Source: Vampirovibrionales bacterium
Lineage (GTDB): Bacteria > Cyanobacteriota > Vampirovibrionia > Vampirovibrionales > Vampirovibrionaceae
DNA length: 64,000 nt
Direction: 5' to 3'
NCBI GenBank assembly: GCA_029866025.1
Contig: JARXAD010000006.1
Coordinates: 18,907 to 82,906, forward strand
Shown piece by piece: positions 11,401-21,247 of this stretch. A program made the translations under genes and the position numbers. The notes beneath the pieces were generated by a model. That model did no database searches, was not told the DNA's origin, and saw nothing but the letters and a program-made list of their open reading frames with translations. Each line of letters opens with the position of its first letter. The first letter of the stretch is position 1.

Positions 11401-14400
11401 GTATGAAGACGGCCTTAGCAATGGGTTGGTGTACAGAATGTTGCTTCCCAAGCGTTGAAAAAGACTGGCTTCATCTGCTTCAATCCCCAAATGGCGCAAT
11501 TGCACTTGCGCCTGCGTCCACGCCAAGGTGGTAGTACGCACAAAGGCGTGAGCATCCTGATGTTTTTCCACCAGCGCCAACACGTCCGCCTGAGTGCTAG
11601 CAACCAGGGTCCAATAGGCTATTTTAACGGTGGCTCCTGGAGGAAGGGAAATGGATCGACGCAAAGCAAAAATTGGATCAAGTACTGTCCCCACTGTGTT
11701 AGAAAGCGACCGGCCCTGTTGCATGGCCAGCGGAAAACGTGCATCACCGCCACGGCCTACAAAGCGGGCTCGATCGGTTTCTACTTCAAGTTCGCCAACG
11801 GTAGACCCTTCTACCACACTCAAATGGGCCGCCCAAATTTCAGGCTCATTAGGCGCGCGGCGACGACGGGTGGCCAACAACACCCCTTGTTTGGGTAAAT
11901 AACGGGTTTGGACAAACAACTTGGAAAATGCAGGATGCGAGGTATCGGACGATTGGGACGCTAACACCAGTTCCGAATAGGAGGTAATATCCAGTTCGCG
12001 CGTTCGAACGCCCCGGTTGGTAATGGAGATTCGCCGCACTTCGGCATCGTCTTCAGAAGAGACCATGACCTCTAGGCTGGTTACCAGCGAACCATCTCTC
12101 CGCATAAACTCTGCTCGGTCTTCAGTAAAGATGGCTTCATACTGCTTGGGCTCTTTTGCGGTGGGTTGGTACCCCGCAGACCAAACCTTGCCACTTTGTT
12201 TGTCTCGCAAATAAACATAAGCCCCCCAGTTGTCCTGGGTTACATCGCTATGCCAGCGGGTAATATTAAGTGTCTGACCTTGGCATTGCCATTGGCTATA
12301 ACCGGACCCCGCACTGGTAATCATCACCTGGTAACGACCATTGGAAAGCACATGGGCTTCGGGCGTTGCCGAATGAGGACTGGTAATATGCCGACGACTA
12401 ACCGTGGTTAACTCCTGCACGGTGGCCACTTCTTCGGCCCTAGGGTAGGCCACCGCCACATCTTTGGGCATGCGTTCTTGCAATAAAAATTCAGCGGCCT
12501 GTATACACGGCTCGGCATGGAAACGTTGCCGGAATCGACCGTTTTGCAACACATTGGCAATGGAAAGAATACTCATGCCTTGATGGTGGGCCATATAGGC
12601 GTGAACCAAAACAACGGATTGACCTTCCGGCACCCGTGCCTTGGTAAAATCTAGGGCTTCGCAAAAGCCAAAACGCCCTAATGCTTGCAGCGCTTCCAAT
12701 GCATTAAAGTTGGTTAAAGCAGCAGTAGGGTTAATCATACTAGCCAAGGCGGTTGCATACGGTGCAATCACACGATTGTCTCCCAAGCCCCGCTTTAAGC
12801 CCAAACCCGGTACCCCAAAATTAGAATATTGATACGTTAATTCACGATCACGAATATGATACGCCGATTCAGACACCCCCCACGGCAAGCCCAGTTGCTG
12901 GCCATATGCAATTTGTCGATCCACAATCAGCCGATTGGTTTGCTCCAACAAACTACCCAAAGGTGCATGCATCACCAAAGCCGGCATTAAGTATTCAAAC
13001 ATAGAACCTGACCAGGAAATAAGAGCCGCCCCACCGTTTAACGGAGTAACGGCACGGCCCAAGCGAAACCAATGTTTGGCCGGAATATCGCCTTTTGCAA
13101 TGGCATAAAAACTGGCCAAGCGGGCCTCGGATGCCAGCAAGTCATAACAGCTTTCATCCAATCGGTCCTCTTGCACGTTGTACCCAATGGCCAACAATTT
13201 TCGGGCAGGATTGAGCAAAAAGCCAAATTCCATCGCATTGGCCATGGTTCTCGCCGTGTTTTCGACAACCTTTAACCGCTGCTTAAACGCAACCTTTCCA
13301 TTCACATTCAACGTCAAATCGCTTTGATGACTGTGAATGGTCGCTAACGTGGCTTCCGCCCACCACAGCAACTCGTCACTGGCATCCCCCATTACGGTAT
13401 GGGCCAAGGTCGTTGCCACATCCACCAAAGTGGACGCATGGCGATGCAGCGTATTCAAATACGCCACCCTGTTTGGAGCAACCTTTAGCGCTGGAAGTCT
13501 CAAGTCATCGGCAATAACATCCAGCGTTTGGGCTAACTCTGTATGCAAATAATCGTGTTTTTTACGATGGGTAGGTAGTGCCTCAAACGACTGCTGTGTG
13601 AGTGTCACCGCATCCTGAATACCGGCCACCATGTCCGCATGGGTCAGCACCCCTTCTAAAAGAAGAGGACTGTCTTGCGCCCACTCTTGGCACACATTGG
13701 CCAATGTAATTAAATGGCCTGCCAAATTCCCACTATCAACCGCGCTAATATATTGAGGATAAAGAGGGCGACCATCCTGCGTGTCATACCAGTTAAAAAA
13801 GTGGCCCCTAAATTGAGCCAAGCGATTCATGCTGGTTAACGTATTTTCCAAGCGTTCCAACGTCTCTAATTGGCCTGCCCAGCCCAAATCGCAAGCCGAA
13901 ACAGCCGATAGCAAATACAGCCCCATATTGGTGGGAGATGTGCGGTGGGCAATAACAGGCAACGGGTTTTCTTGAAAATTATCCGGTGGCAGCCAGTTTT
14001 CTGATTCCGTAACGAAGGTTTCAAAAAATCGCCACGTTTTTCGTGCAATATGGCGAAGGGTTTGGGCATCACTACCACTAAGGGGTACGGTGTTAGAACC
14101 CACAGGGGATGTGCTAACCCAACGGGCAATCGCTGGGGAAAGAGACCACAGCAACACAAAAGGTAGAACTAAATTTTTATTGGCGTCAGGATTACTGATG
14201 GCAATGCCTAAAGCCGCCAAGGCAATAACAAGAGCGCCACCCATTTGATAGTAGTAACCCCACACTGTTAAATGGGTCCCATTTTTTGCTTGGGCAGCAG
14301 TCACCCATTCCAGCAGCTGTTTATGGCTAATGGTTAGACGGTATAAGGTTCGCCCAATGGCATCCAACATCATCCATGCTTGGTGGGCTAAAAATGCAAC

Positions 14401-17097
14401 AAGTAACGAGGTATGTAGTAACGACAGCCAAGCATCCGTAAGCAAGTGTCTAAAATGTGCTCTAAGGGATGTTTTTGGGCGCGATGGCCACAGGGCTGCG
14501 AGGAGTGGAAGAGCCGTGGGCAGCCCCATACCAATAATAATAAAACCTATCCAAATCAGCGCATCATTAAAGGGTAAGGTAAACGCTAACAGCAAAGCCG
14601 CCATGCTAGCCGGAGCCGATAAAGACCGTCGAAGGTTATCAAACACCTTCCACTGACCCATCAACGGAAGTGTATTACTAGACGGATTTTTTTGTTGACC
14701 GATCAACCACGGCAACAATTGCCAATCGCCCCGTGCCCAACGGTGCTGACGCGCGGAAGCAATATCATACCGAGACGGGAATTCTTCAATCACTTCAATA
14801 TCAGATACAAGGCCCGCACGGGCAAAAATGCCTTCGTACAAATCGTGACTTAGCATGGTGTTGTCTGGCGTGCGGCCACTAAGCGCCGCTTCAAAAGCAT
14901 CCACATCGTAAATGCCTTTACCGGCATAGGATCCTTCACCGTACAAATCTTGATACACATCAGACACTGCTGCCGAATAAGGCTCAATACCACCGGTACT
15001 AGAAAACACACATTGGAATAACGAGTTTTCACTTTGAGCCAACAGAGAAGGAGTAACCCGCGGCTGTAAAATGCCATACCCCTCAACCACCCGAACGGTT
15101 ACCCCATCCACTTGAGGGCGATTCAAAGGGTGAGCCATTTTACCCACCATCTGTCGCACCGTACCCAAGGGTAAGCGGGTGTCACTATCCAAAGTCACCA
15201 CGTATTGAACGCCATAAGGCACCCTGGGGGGCGTGCCATTGAACGCCATATAGCTGGTTTGGGTACTGCCACGCAGCAGTTGGTTTAATTCATGAAGCTT
15301 CCCTCGTTTGCGCTCCCAGCCCATCCACTGGCCTTGGGTTTCATTCCATAAGCGCTTGCGGTGTAGTACATAAAAACGCTGCGCAGGATGCTGTTCTGAA
15401 GACTCTTCGTGAACCGCAGCGCCGTAACGTGCATTAAGAACGGCAATGCCTTGAATGGCCGCCTGCAATAAAACGTCATCTCCCTCTGCGGTTTCCGTGT
15501 CGGAATCTTTCCAATCCGTTAGCAAGGCATAGTGGACATAGTTCTCTTTACTGGCGAGATGATGAATCTCTAAGCGTTCCAGCTGTTCAGACACATCGGT
15601 GGTGCTGGTAAGTAGTGTTGGGATCACCACCATGGTGCGGTATTGCAATGGAATGCCATTTTCCAATTCTAGACTGGGAAGCACGGTGGCATCAAAACCT
15701 TTGGTAATAGCACGATTAACCAACGCAATGGCCATATCCATAGCCGAAGAAGCCCCCAAAAGGGCCAAAAATCCTAATTTCAAAAATCCTAGTTTTAAGG
15801 CCGCCTCGCCCGTGGGGGCAGTGGCAAACACAGGCACCAAGAGCGCCAAGGCTGTCACCGCAGTCACATTGCCAATGTAGCCGCCAATGCCCAAATTAGA
15901 AAGAATTCGTGCAGGCCATTGCTTGACAGGAGCCCGATAACCCAAGTGGGCTTCAAAATCGCGTCGACCTTTAGCAATCAGGTAGTAGCCCGGGTCCTGC
16001 CTTAAATCGTCATCAGGATATTTTGACGCCTCCACCAGAGCGGCTTGAGTGACGGCCAACTCACTTTGTTTAGATCCCTTTGCAAGTTCCTCAATGGCCA
16101 TACGGTAGCCATTACGCGTCGGAAAATCCATGGCTGAAAAATTGCTATGGGCCGTCAATAAGGCATCCACAGGGCTCATTTGCTCAAACAGTTCGGTCCA
16201 ATCCACCTGAGAAATGAGCCGCATGCTCACAATGATGTTGCGGACCGTGACATTGGTAGCCCCTTGGCGCTGGTGTACCCAACGAACAGCAGCCTCTGCC
16301 GTGGTACCTTGCTTTTCCAGTTGATCATCAATCCAGGCCAAGATGGACGTTGCTTTGGGCTCCTGGTCTCGCATGCGCAGCATTAGCTGTACGGCAAAAG
16401 CATCAACCATGGGTTTTTTACTGCTACGATCCATCGCCTTTTGGGCAGCTTGTTCCATTTTAAGAGAATCGCTGAGGACCCAGTCGGCCAACATATCGGC
16501 TTTTTGGCTGGCTTCTCGCCCTGCCATGATGGATTCTGACGCGCGACGAAGGTTCTCTACCAGTAAAATTCGTAATGAAATGGAAACGGCCCAAAGTTCG
16601 CCCATGGTAAGGGGGTGAACCGTTTGATAGGCGGCCACAAAACGGCACAGCAATTCTGGACAGAATAAACTATCGGTATGGGCAATAAAGGCCCACGCAA
16701 TGCCCAGTACTCTGGGGTAACCGGCCAAATGGCCTTCCGTAAGCTTGGGTAATTGGCGATAATACCCCGCTGGCAAATCGTTTTGCACTTGGCGCAATTG
16801 CTCTTCCACCAAGTGGAAGTTATCCAGCAGCCATTCGGCAGCAGGGGTAATCAGGCGGTCTGACTGCACAGCCAACACAATGGCGTTGTAGGCCTTGCGA
16901 ACAACGGCTTCATTGTCATTCAGGCGATGAATGAGGGATTGCCCCCCACTCGGGGAAGTGGCGGTGGTGTGTTCCACAGCCAAGCAAACAGCATGCTGCT
17001 CTAAACTGTCAAGACCAAACAATTCATCCAGAATGAGATCTTGAGAGCTCCATGGAGAAACTGTTTTTTTAAAAAAGCTAAACAAGGCGGGTATCAA
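8482..17097 (-). CDS. ndvB: Cyclic beta-1,2-glucan synthase (NdvB/ChvB/Cgs family; membrane GT84 domain + GH94 glucan phosphorylase-like domain)
   Basis: 2871 aa, size and order of domains as in Cgs; conserved N-terminal AAEWLLDNFHLVEEQ segment, multi-TM glycosyltransferase core, C-terminal GH94-like region; TTG start overlapping upstream mini-ORF stop. Confidence 0.85.
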   Translation of the reverse strand: MIPALFSFFKKTVSPWSSQDLILDELFGLDSLEQHAVCLAVEHTTATSPSGGQSLIHRLNDNEAVVRKAYNAIVLAVQSDRLITPAAEWLLDNFHLVEEQLRQVQNDLPAGYYRQLPKLTEGHLAGYPRVLGIAWAFIAHTDSLFCPELLCRFVAAYQTVHPLTMGELWAVSISLRILLVENLRRASESIMAGREASQKADMLADWVLSDSLKMEQAAQKAMDRSSKKPMVDAFAVQLMLRMRDQEPKATSILAWIDDQLEKQGTTAEAAVRWVHQRQGATNVTVRNIIVSMRLISQVDWTELFEQMSPVDALLTAHSNFSAMDFPTRNGYRMAIEELAKGSKQSELAVTQAALVEASKYPDDDLRQDPGYYLIAKGRRDFEAHLGYRAPVKQWPARILSNLGIGGYIGNVTAVTALALLVPVFATAPTGEAALKLGFLKLGFLALLGASSAMDMAIALVNRAITKGFDATVLPSLELENGIPLQYRTMVVIPTLLTSTTDVSEQLERLEIHHLASKENYVHYALLTDWKDSDTETAEGDDVLLQAAIQGIAVLNARYGAAVHEESSEQHPAQRFYVLHRKRLWNETQGQWMGWERKRGKLHELNQLLRGSTQTSYMAFNGTPPRVPYGVQYVVTLDSDTRLPLGTVRQMVGKMAHPLNRPQVDGVTVRVVEGYGILQPRVTPSLLAQSENSLFQCVFSSTGGIEPYSAAVSDVYQDLYGEGSYAGKGIYDVDAFEAALSGRTPDNTMLSHDLYEGIFARAGLVSDIEVIEEFPSRYDIASARQHRWARGDWQLLPWLIGQQKNPSSNTLPLMGQWKVFDNLRRSLSAPASMAALLLAFTLPFNDALIWIGFIIIGMGLPTALPLLAALWPSRPKTSLRAHFRHLLTDAWLSLLHTSLLVAFLAHQAWMMLDAIGRTLYRLTISHKQLLEWVTAAQAKNGTHLTVWGYYYQMGGALVIALAALGIAISNPDANKNLVLPFVLLWSLSPAIARWVSTSPVGSNTVPLSGSDAQTLRHIARKTWRFFETFVTESENWLPPDNFQENPLPVIAHRTSPTNMGLYLLSAVSACDLGWAGQLETLERLENTLTSMNRLAQFRGHFFNWYDTQDGRPLYPQYISAVDSGNLAGHLITLANVCQEWAQDSPLLLEGVLTHADMVAGIQDAVTLTQQSFEALPTHRKKHDYLHTELAQTLDVIADDLRLPALKVAPNRVAYLNTLHRHASTLVDVATTLAHTVMGDASDELLWWAEATLATIHSHQSDLTLNVNGKVAFKQRLKVVENTARTMANAMEFGFLLNPARKLLAIGYNVQEDRLDESCYDLLASEARLASFYAIAKGDIPAKHWFRLGRAVTPLNGGAALISWSGSMFEYLMPALVMHAPLGSLLEQTNRLIVDRQIAYGQQLGLPWGVSESAYHIRDRELTYQYSNFGVPGLGLKRGLGDNRVIAPYATALASMINPTAALTNFNALEALQALGRFGFCEALDFTKARVPEGQSVVLVHAYMAHHQGMSILSIANVLQNGRFRQRFHAEPCIQAAEFLLQERMPKDVAVAYPRAEEVATVQELTTVSRRHITSPHSATPEAHVLSNGRYQVMITSAGSGYSQWQCQGQTLNITRWHSDVTQDNWGAYVYLRDKQSGKVWSAGYQPTAKEPKQYEAIFTEDRAEFMRRDGSLVTSLEVMVSSEDDAEVRRISITNRGVRTRELDITSYSELVLASQSSDTSHPAFSKLFVQTRYLPKQGVLLATRRRRAPNEPEIWAAHLSVVEGSTVGELEVETDRARFVGRGGDARFPLAMQQGRSLSNTVGTVLDPIFALRRSISLPPGATVKIAYWTLVASTQADVLALVEKHQDAHAFVRTTTLAWTQAQVQLRHLGIEADEASLFQRLGSNILYTNPLLRPSSYVLQRSQANQSALWSQGISGDASIVLVRIDSIEDIGLVRQVLRAHEYLAIKQLAFDVVVLNERSASYVQDLQIALETLVRSCHNHPNRNEDGAPRAVFLLRSDLIAPDVAAVLPAVARIVLNGRRGSLSKQLKRSQEVLPFLPRKASLSLGDLLNDSLVAPLPPPEWVKNLHFFNGLGGFSIDGTEYITVLGPGQQTPAPWINVIANPNFGFQVAVEGSGYTWACNSRENQLTPWSNDPVSDRTGEAFYIKDEDSGKIWSPTASPIRIATGQYVARHGFGYSQFETAAHGIDSQLLQTVSLHDPIKISRLTLKNTSGRTRRLSVTAYAEWVLGQSRSQSAPYIVTTLDNETGALLAHNPWSREFGNRCTFMDLGGKQHAWTGDRREFIGRNGSVTIPAGLGDKVILSKRVGAGLDPCGVLQTFMELQPNESIEIVMTLGQTPSVSEAQALIQRYRKENTATLLDDVKVHWRSTLGAVQVTTPDAAMNIMLNGWLLYQSLACRVWARSAFYQASGAYGFRDQLQDGMALTLSRPELTREHLLRAAGRQFVEGDVQHWWLPNQGQGVRTHISDDRIWLAYAAAHYVAATGDAAILDEPISFLEGRGLEPGEHDAFYHPTQSEQSATLFEHCARGLDLSLRVGCHGLPLMGTGDWNDGMNRVGEGGEGESVWLGWFLVATLKAFIPIALERQEKKRAAIWKAHGLQLAASLEANAWDGEWYRRGYYDDGTPLGSHSSDECRIDSIAQSWSVLSGAGDSERSQRAMAQVDKQLINSKDQLALLFTPAFDTTHKEPGYIKGYPPGIRENGGQYSHAATWSVMAFAKLGQGEKAMALFSLLNPISHSSTRSQVHRYKVEPYVMAADVYSVAPHVGRGGWTWYTGAAGWLYRAGTESILGLRVVGDQLFINPCIPSHWPEYSMVFTRGETCYNITVLNPLGVCGGVSSATFNGIDALVNECGAQITLQNDGQSHQLVVTL

Positions 17098-17204
17098 AGG
17101 GTACTTTTGGCTTCTTTTTTTAAGTTTTTGGCTGCTTTTTTTTCTTTTTGGGTCTTGGCAGGCTTTTTCTTAACATCTTTGACGGTTACTTTTTCTTTTC
17201 CCAT
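17094..17204 (-). CDS. 36-aa Lys-rich mini-ORF (MGKEKVTVKDVKKKPAKTQKEKKAAKNLKKEAKSTL) translationally coupled to ndvB
   Basis: ATG 17202-17204 preceded by AAGGAG at 8-nt spacing; stop TGA overlaps the ndvB TTG (TTTGA); contains A8 and A7 tracts. Confidence 0.4.
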   Translation of the reverse strand: MGKEKVTVKDVKKKPAKTQKEKKAAKNLKKEAKSTL

Positions 17205-17676
17205 GAGTCGGGCTCCTTGTATGAGGACGGCGTCCGTAGATGGCACCCGTGTGACAGGAGCTTACCACACGGCTAACCAAATAGCCGATTGGAGTACGTC
17301 TCAATCCAGGTACCAACTGCTAACGATAACAGCACAAAAGAACCGTGTTCCCTTCAAAGCTAATTACCTGACCGGCCTCTTAGAGAGAATATTTTTATTT
17401 AATATACTTAATGACAGTAGGAATCGATATAATTAGTTCGTTATCGTCTTTATCAAAGAGATTGCACGTAGCAATAACAGTAAAGGTGAGAGCATAACCT
17501 TGAACAGTCCCAAAAAAATGATCATAATTTGTTTGCTTCATTTTTGTAGAATGAAAGCCAATCAACCCATAATATCGGACAGCCTTATAGGCGGTGGCTA
17601 ACAATTCCTAACCCTATCAACTACTTGTTGAAGGTACTCAGAGTGGAGACATTGGCTCTTGAAATTAGAACAAAAC

Positions 17677-17707
17677 ATGGTGGCGCCTCCAGGAATTGAA
17701 CCAGGGA
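17677..17707 (-). repeat. 31-bp exact copy of the 3' end (T-loop to CCA plus 1 nt) of tRNA-Phe; attL-like direct repeat
   Basis: atggtggcgcctccaggaattgaaccaggga identical to 31922-31952; similarity decays over the next ~15 nt. Confidence 0.85.
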
Positions 17708-17854
17708 GAGGAATATTTTTAAGTATATAATGAAGTATACTCTCACTGTCTATTTTTCTAAAAATAGAAGCCATTGAAAGACTTTTGGCTATTGGGCATA
17801 ATGGGCCTTAATTCTCAATGATTCCTTAGTTTACTGGCTTATTCTGTGCACGAC

Positions 17855-17873
17855 TACACAAGAATTACACAAC
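17855..17873. repeat. 19-bp motif tacacaagaattacacaac (tandem ACACAA/AATTACACAA iterons), copy 1, ~150 bp inside left repeat
   Basis: Exact match to 31856-31874. Confidence 0.7.
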
Positions 17874-18075
17874 GTTTTCACCGGAAATGCCATAGGCCCC
17901 CTGGAAATTAGTTCGGATGGCACTTCTTTCTTACGCTTAATTAGTGCCAGTTGTAACAAATTATAAACAAAAGAGTGGTACCCCCTCAGGTTTTGTCAAG
18001 TTAGTCGAAATAAAGTGGTAAGACCATAAAGCCAATAAGAGTAAAAAAGTAGTATTAGCCAAATCGCAACAATCA

Positions 18076-20067
18076 TTGGGTGTTGTTATGTCGTTTCCAT
18101 TACTGCTGTCGTTGTGTCGTTATTACCGGTGGCCCGTGGCCTTAGTGGTCTCTGTAACAGTGTGGACCGCCGGACTGCTAACGGCTGTGCAAGCCCCTAT
18201 TGTTTGGGCACCCAGCGATGTAACAACAGCCTTGGGAGGCATTTTAACCGGTTTGGCGTGGAGTAGTGCTGGGTTATGGCTGTATTTTTTAAAAGATCAA
18301 CCTACGTTTTATGCCCAGCGCACCTTAATACAGGCAGCGGCCATTGCCGTTTTGCTAACCCAGGGGGTGTGGCTTCAGGCGTCGTGGTTATCAGTGGCGA
18401 CAGGTTATTTAACCATTAAGGTTTTAATCGGCCTGTCATATCCCAAAAAACTAGAGCCTGTTTCAGGCGTAGCTCTGGGCGGATTGAGTCAATGGCCTCA
18501 TCGTGTGGGGCCTGCGATTACAAGAGGTGTGCTGATTTTAAGTGTGGCGTGGTTATTGTTCCTCACCTTTTTTCCTTCGTGGGCACTGGGGCTATTGATA
18601 CCAGCGCCCGCCGTTATTAGTGTGTATGGTTTGGCGTTAATGGGATACGCCTTTGCCACCTTTCGGTTGTTTTGTGGACCCATCGCGCCCCCCTCGGTGG
18701 GCCTTACTGGCTGGGGATTGGTTACCGGCTTGGATGTGCTGCTATATGCCGCTGCCTTGCTGGCCACTCTCCAGCCTTTTTCTCTTACCTCGGCAGGGGT
18801 TTCCTCTGCCGTTATCAACACGATGCTGCTCGTTATTCTTAGCCATAGCGTGGCCTTAAGCTGTGTAGAGCAATGGAAGCGATGTCTTGGCAGTGTGCAT
18901 ATTAAGCGGCATCACCACACCGCGCACCAACAGCTGCATGTGGATTTGGCCGTCAAAACCATCCAATTAGAACAGGAAGTAGCCACCCGCCGCAAAGCCC
19001 AAGAAGAGCTACACAAAATTAACCAAGATTTAGAGCAACAAGTGCAACTGCGCACTGCCGATATGGAAATGATTTTACAAGAATTGGGGCAGGTGAATGC
19101 CCAAATGGAAAGCGAACTGAACGAACGTAAGGTGCTGGAATCACAGTTGGTGCAAGCACAAAAAATGGAATCGGTTGGGCAATTGGCTGCTGGGGTGGCC
19201 CACGAAATTAACAACCCTGTTGGGTTTATTCTAAGCAATTTACGCACCTTGGATGAATACGTGCAGTTACTGCAACAACTGCTCAACCATTACGAAGACT
19301 TGGAAACCTCTTTGATGCAAGCCCCCTTAGGTGAATTAGGAGACAACGAAGACTTGGTTCGACCCATCTTAAACAACTTAGCCACCTTTCGAAAAAACGA
19401 AGATATTGGTTTTATTTTGCAAGATTTAACGGGCTTGCTAGCAGAGTCCATTGACGGCTCCAATCGGGTGAAAGAAATTGTGCAAGGCTTAAAAAGCTTT
19501 AGCCGCATTGATGAAAGCACATTGCAGCAAGTGGACTTACACGAGTGTATAGAATCCACTTTAAAGGTGGTTTGGAACGAAGTGAAGTACAAGTGTAACG
19601 TTATCAAACACTACGACGCCCAATTACCGCCCCTACTATGCTACCCCGGCCAACTTAATCAGGTGTTTTTAAACTTGCTGGTCAACGCCGCCCAAGCCAT
19701 TGAACAACGGGGCGATATTACCATTGCCACCCGAACCGAAACCTTCAATGATACTCCTCACATTGTGATTGAGATTACCGACACGGGGGCCGGGATACCG
19801 GCCAAATTACTCACCAAAATTTTTGATCCCTTTTTTACCACCAAGCCAGTTGGCAGTGGTTCGGGGCTGGGATTGGCCATTTCCTACGGCATTGTTCACA
19901 AACACCAAGGCACGTTATCCGTTCAATCCACCGTAGGCAAAGGGACGGTCTTTACCATCGCCCTACCCATCAACGCCCTCACTCCCACCCACGTGTCCGA
20001 ACCGCCGTTGACTACCTCTGGAGTACCCAGCTATGAACGCCAGCTTCTCAGCCCGGTTGCAGCCTAA
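18076..20067 (+). CDS. Sensor histidine kinase with N-terminal multi-TM membrane sensor domain
   Basis: ~8 predicted TM helices, coiled coil, HisKA box AAGVAHEINNP, HATPase_c motifs DTGAGIP and GSGLGLAIS. Confidence 0.85.
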   Translation: MGVVMSFPLLLSLCRYYRWPVALVVSVTVWTAGLLTAVQAPIVWAPSDVTTALGGILTGLAWSSAGLWLYFLKDQPTFYAQRTLIQAAAIAVLLTQGVWLQASWLSVATGYLTIKVLIGLSYPKKLEPVSGVALGGLSQWPHRVGPAITRGVLILSVAWLLFLTFFPSWALGLLIPAPAVISVYGLALMGYAFATFRLFCGPIAPPSVGLTGWGLVTGLDVLLYAAALLATLQPFSLTSAGVSSAVINTMLLVILSHSVALSCVEQWKRCLGSVHIKRHHHTAHQQLHVDLAVKTIQLEQEVATRRKAQEELHKINQDLEQQVQLRTADMEMILQELGQVNAQMESELNERKVLESQLVQAQKMESVGQLAAGVAHEINNPVGFILSNLRTLDEYVQLLQQLLNHYEDLETSLMQAPLGELGDNEDLVRPILNNLATFRKNEDIGFILQDLTGLLAESIDGSNRVKEIVQGLKSFSRIDESTLQQVDLHECIESTLKVVWNEVKYKCNVIKHYDAQLPPLLCYPGQLNQVFLNLLVNAAQAIEQRGDITIATRTETFNDTPHIVIEITDTGAGIPAKLLTKIFDPFFTTKPVGSGSGLGLAISYGIVHKHQGTLSVQSTVGKGTVFTIALPINALTPTHVSEPPLTTSGVPSYERQLLSPVAA

Positions 20068-20287
20068 TGCCAACGTATTTGGTGCCAACGTGTTTGGCAG
20101 CGATGAATTTTCCCCCATGTCCACCCGTCCCATTGTGGGAATGTCTGCCATCCTAGACGAGGTGGTGTGGCAAGACCTAAGCCTGATGGAAATGAGTACT
20201 CGCTGTCATCCCCGTGGCAACGTGGCCTTAGAGCCCCTTATTTTAGGCTGGGTGACCCTAACCCCTTGTGGTGCATGTTTATAAATA

Positions 20288-21211
20288 ATGACCTTTATTC
20301 CTCACTCTCCTAAAAAGGAACAATCCGTGGCCGCTTCTTATCCTTCTTACAACGCAACGGTAGAACAACTGTTTACCACCCCACGTGGGGTCCCCACCGC
20401 GTCGGTGGTACCCATCCACCCTCAGCCTGAAAAAAACCGACTGCTGTTAGTGGATGACGAACACAACGTGTTAAAAGCCCTAGCCCGCATGTTGCGAAAC
20501 GAAGGTTACGACATTATTACGGCCAGCAGTGGCGAAGAAGCCCTTCAAATTTTAGAGACCCACCCCATGGATGTGGTGATTAGCGACCAGCGCATGCCCC
20601 ACATGACGGGCACTGAACTATTGGCTAAGGTCCATCAGCGTTACCCCGATACGGTGCGCATGGTGCTCTCGGGCTACGCGGATATTGATTCCATTTTGGG
20701 TGCCATTAATTACGGGCACATTTATAAATTTCAAACCAAACCGTGGGATGAAACCCAACTAAAAGCCGTGATTAGCGAGTGCTTTACCCACCACAGCTAC
20801 CTGCAAGAACGCAAAGTGCTGGCCAAGGCCCTGCAGGAAGAAAATAAAAGTTTAATGAACAACACGCAGCATCTGTTTCAGTTTATGGTGTCTCGCTTGC
20901 AACGCACCGATATGTGCCAAGACGTGTTTCAGGATTTTCCCCTGCCTATTATGGGCATTGATGCCAACCAGCGGCTGTTTTTACTCAGTGAAATGACGCA
21001 TTTGCTGTTCCCCTCGCTGGAATCAGCCGGTGTGATGGAGCACATTCAAGATTGCTTGCCGAGTGCGTTACTGGAGGCTTACGAAAAAATACTCCACAAC
21101 CCGCCGCTAGAGCCCATGGCCTTAAGCGTCAATGGCATGGATCTCCGTATTCATTCGTACCGGTTGTGCGCCAATAATAGCCACTTACTGCTGCTAGAAA
21201 TTGTTAGCTAA
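20288..21211 (+). CDS. Response-regulator receiver protein with ~150-aa C-terminal domain of unknown function
   Basis: REC signature LLLVDDEHNV...DVVISDQRMPHMTG...KP; C-terminal half has no recognisable DNA-binding or enzymatic motif. Confidence 0.7.
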   Translation: MTFIPHSPKKEQSVAASYPSYNATVEQLFTTPRGVPTASVVPIHPQPEKNRLLLVDDEHNVLKALARMLRNEGYDIITASSGEEALQILETHPMDVVISDQRMPHMTGTELLAKVHQRYPDTVRMVLSGYADIDSILGAINYGHIYKFQTKPWDETQLKAVISECFTHHSYLQERKVLAKALQEENKSLMNNTQHLFQFMVSRLQRTDMCQDVFQDFPLPIMGIDANQRLFLLSEMTHLLFPSLESAGVMEHIQDCLPSALLEAYEKILHNPPLEPMALSVNGMDLRIHSYRLCANNSHLLLLEIVS

Positions 21212-21247
21212 CCCGCCAATGGCGGGTGTTTAATAGTGAAAGAAGGG

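Noticed and set aside
17041-17436. 131-aa plus-strand ORF at the ndvB promoter and 69-aa ORF at 17395-17604
   Set aside because: Lie in AT-rich leader/junction DNA, overlap the ndvB start and the mini-ORF, no RBS; more likely chance ORFs.
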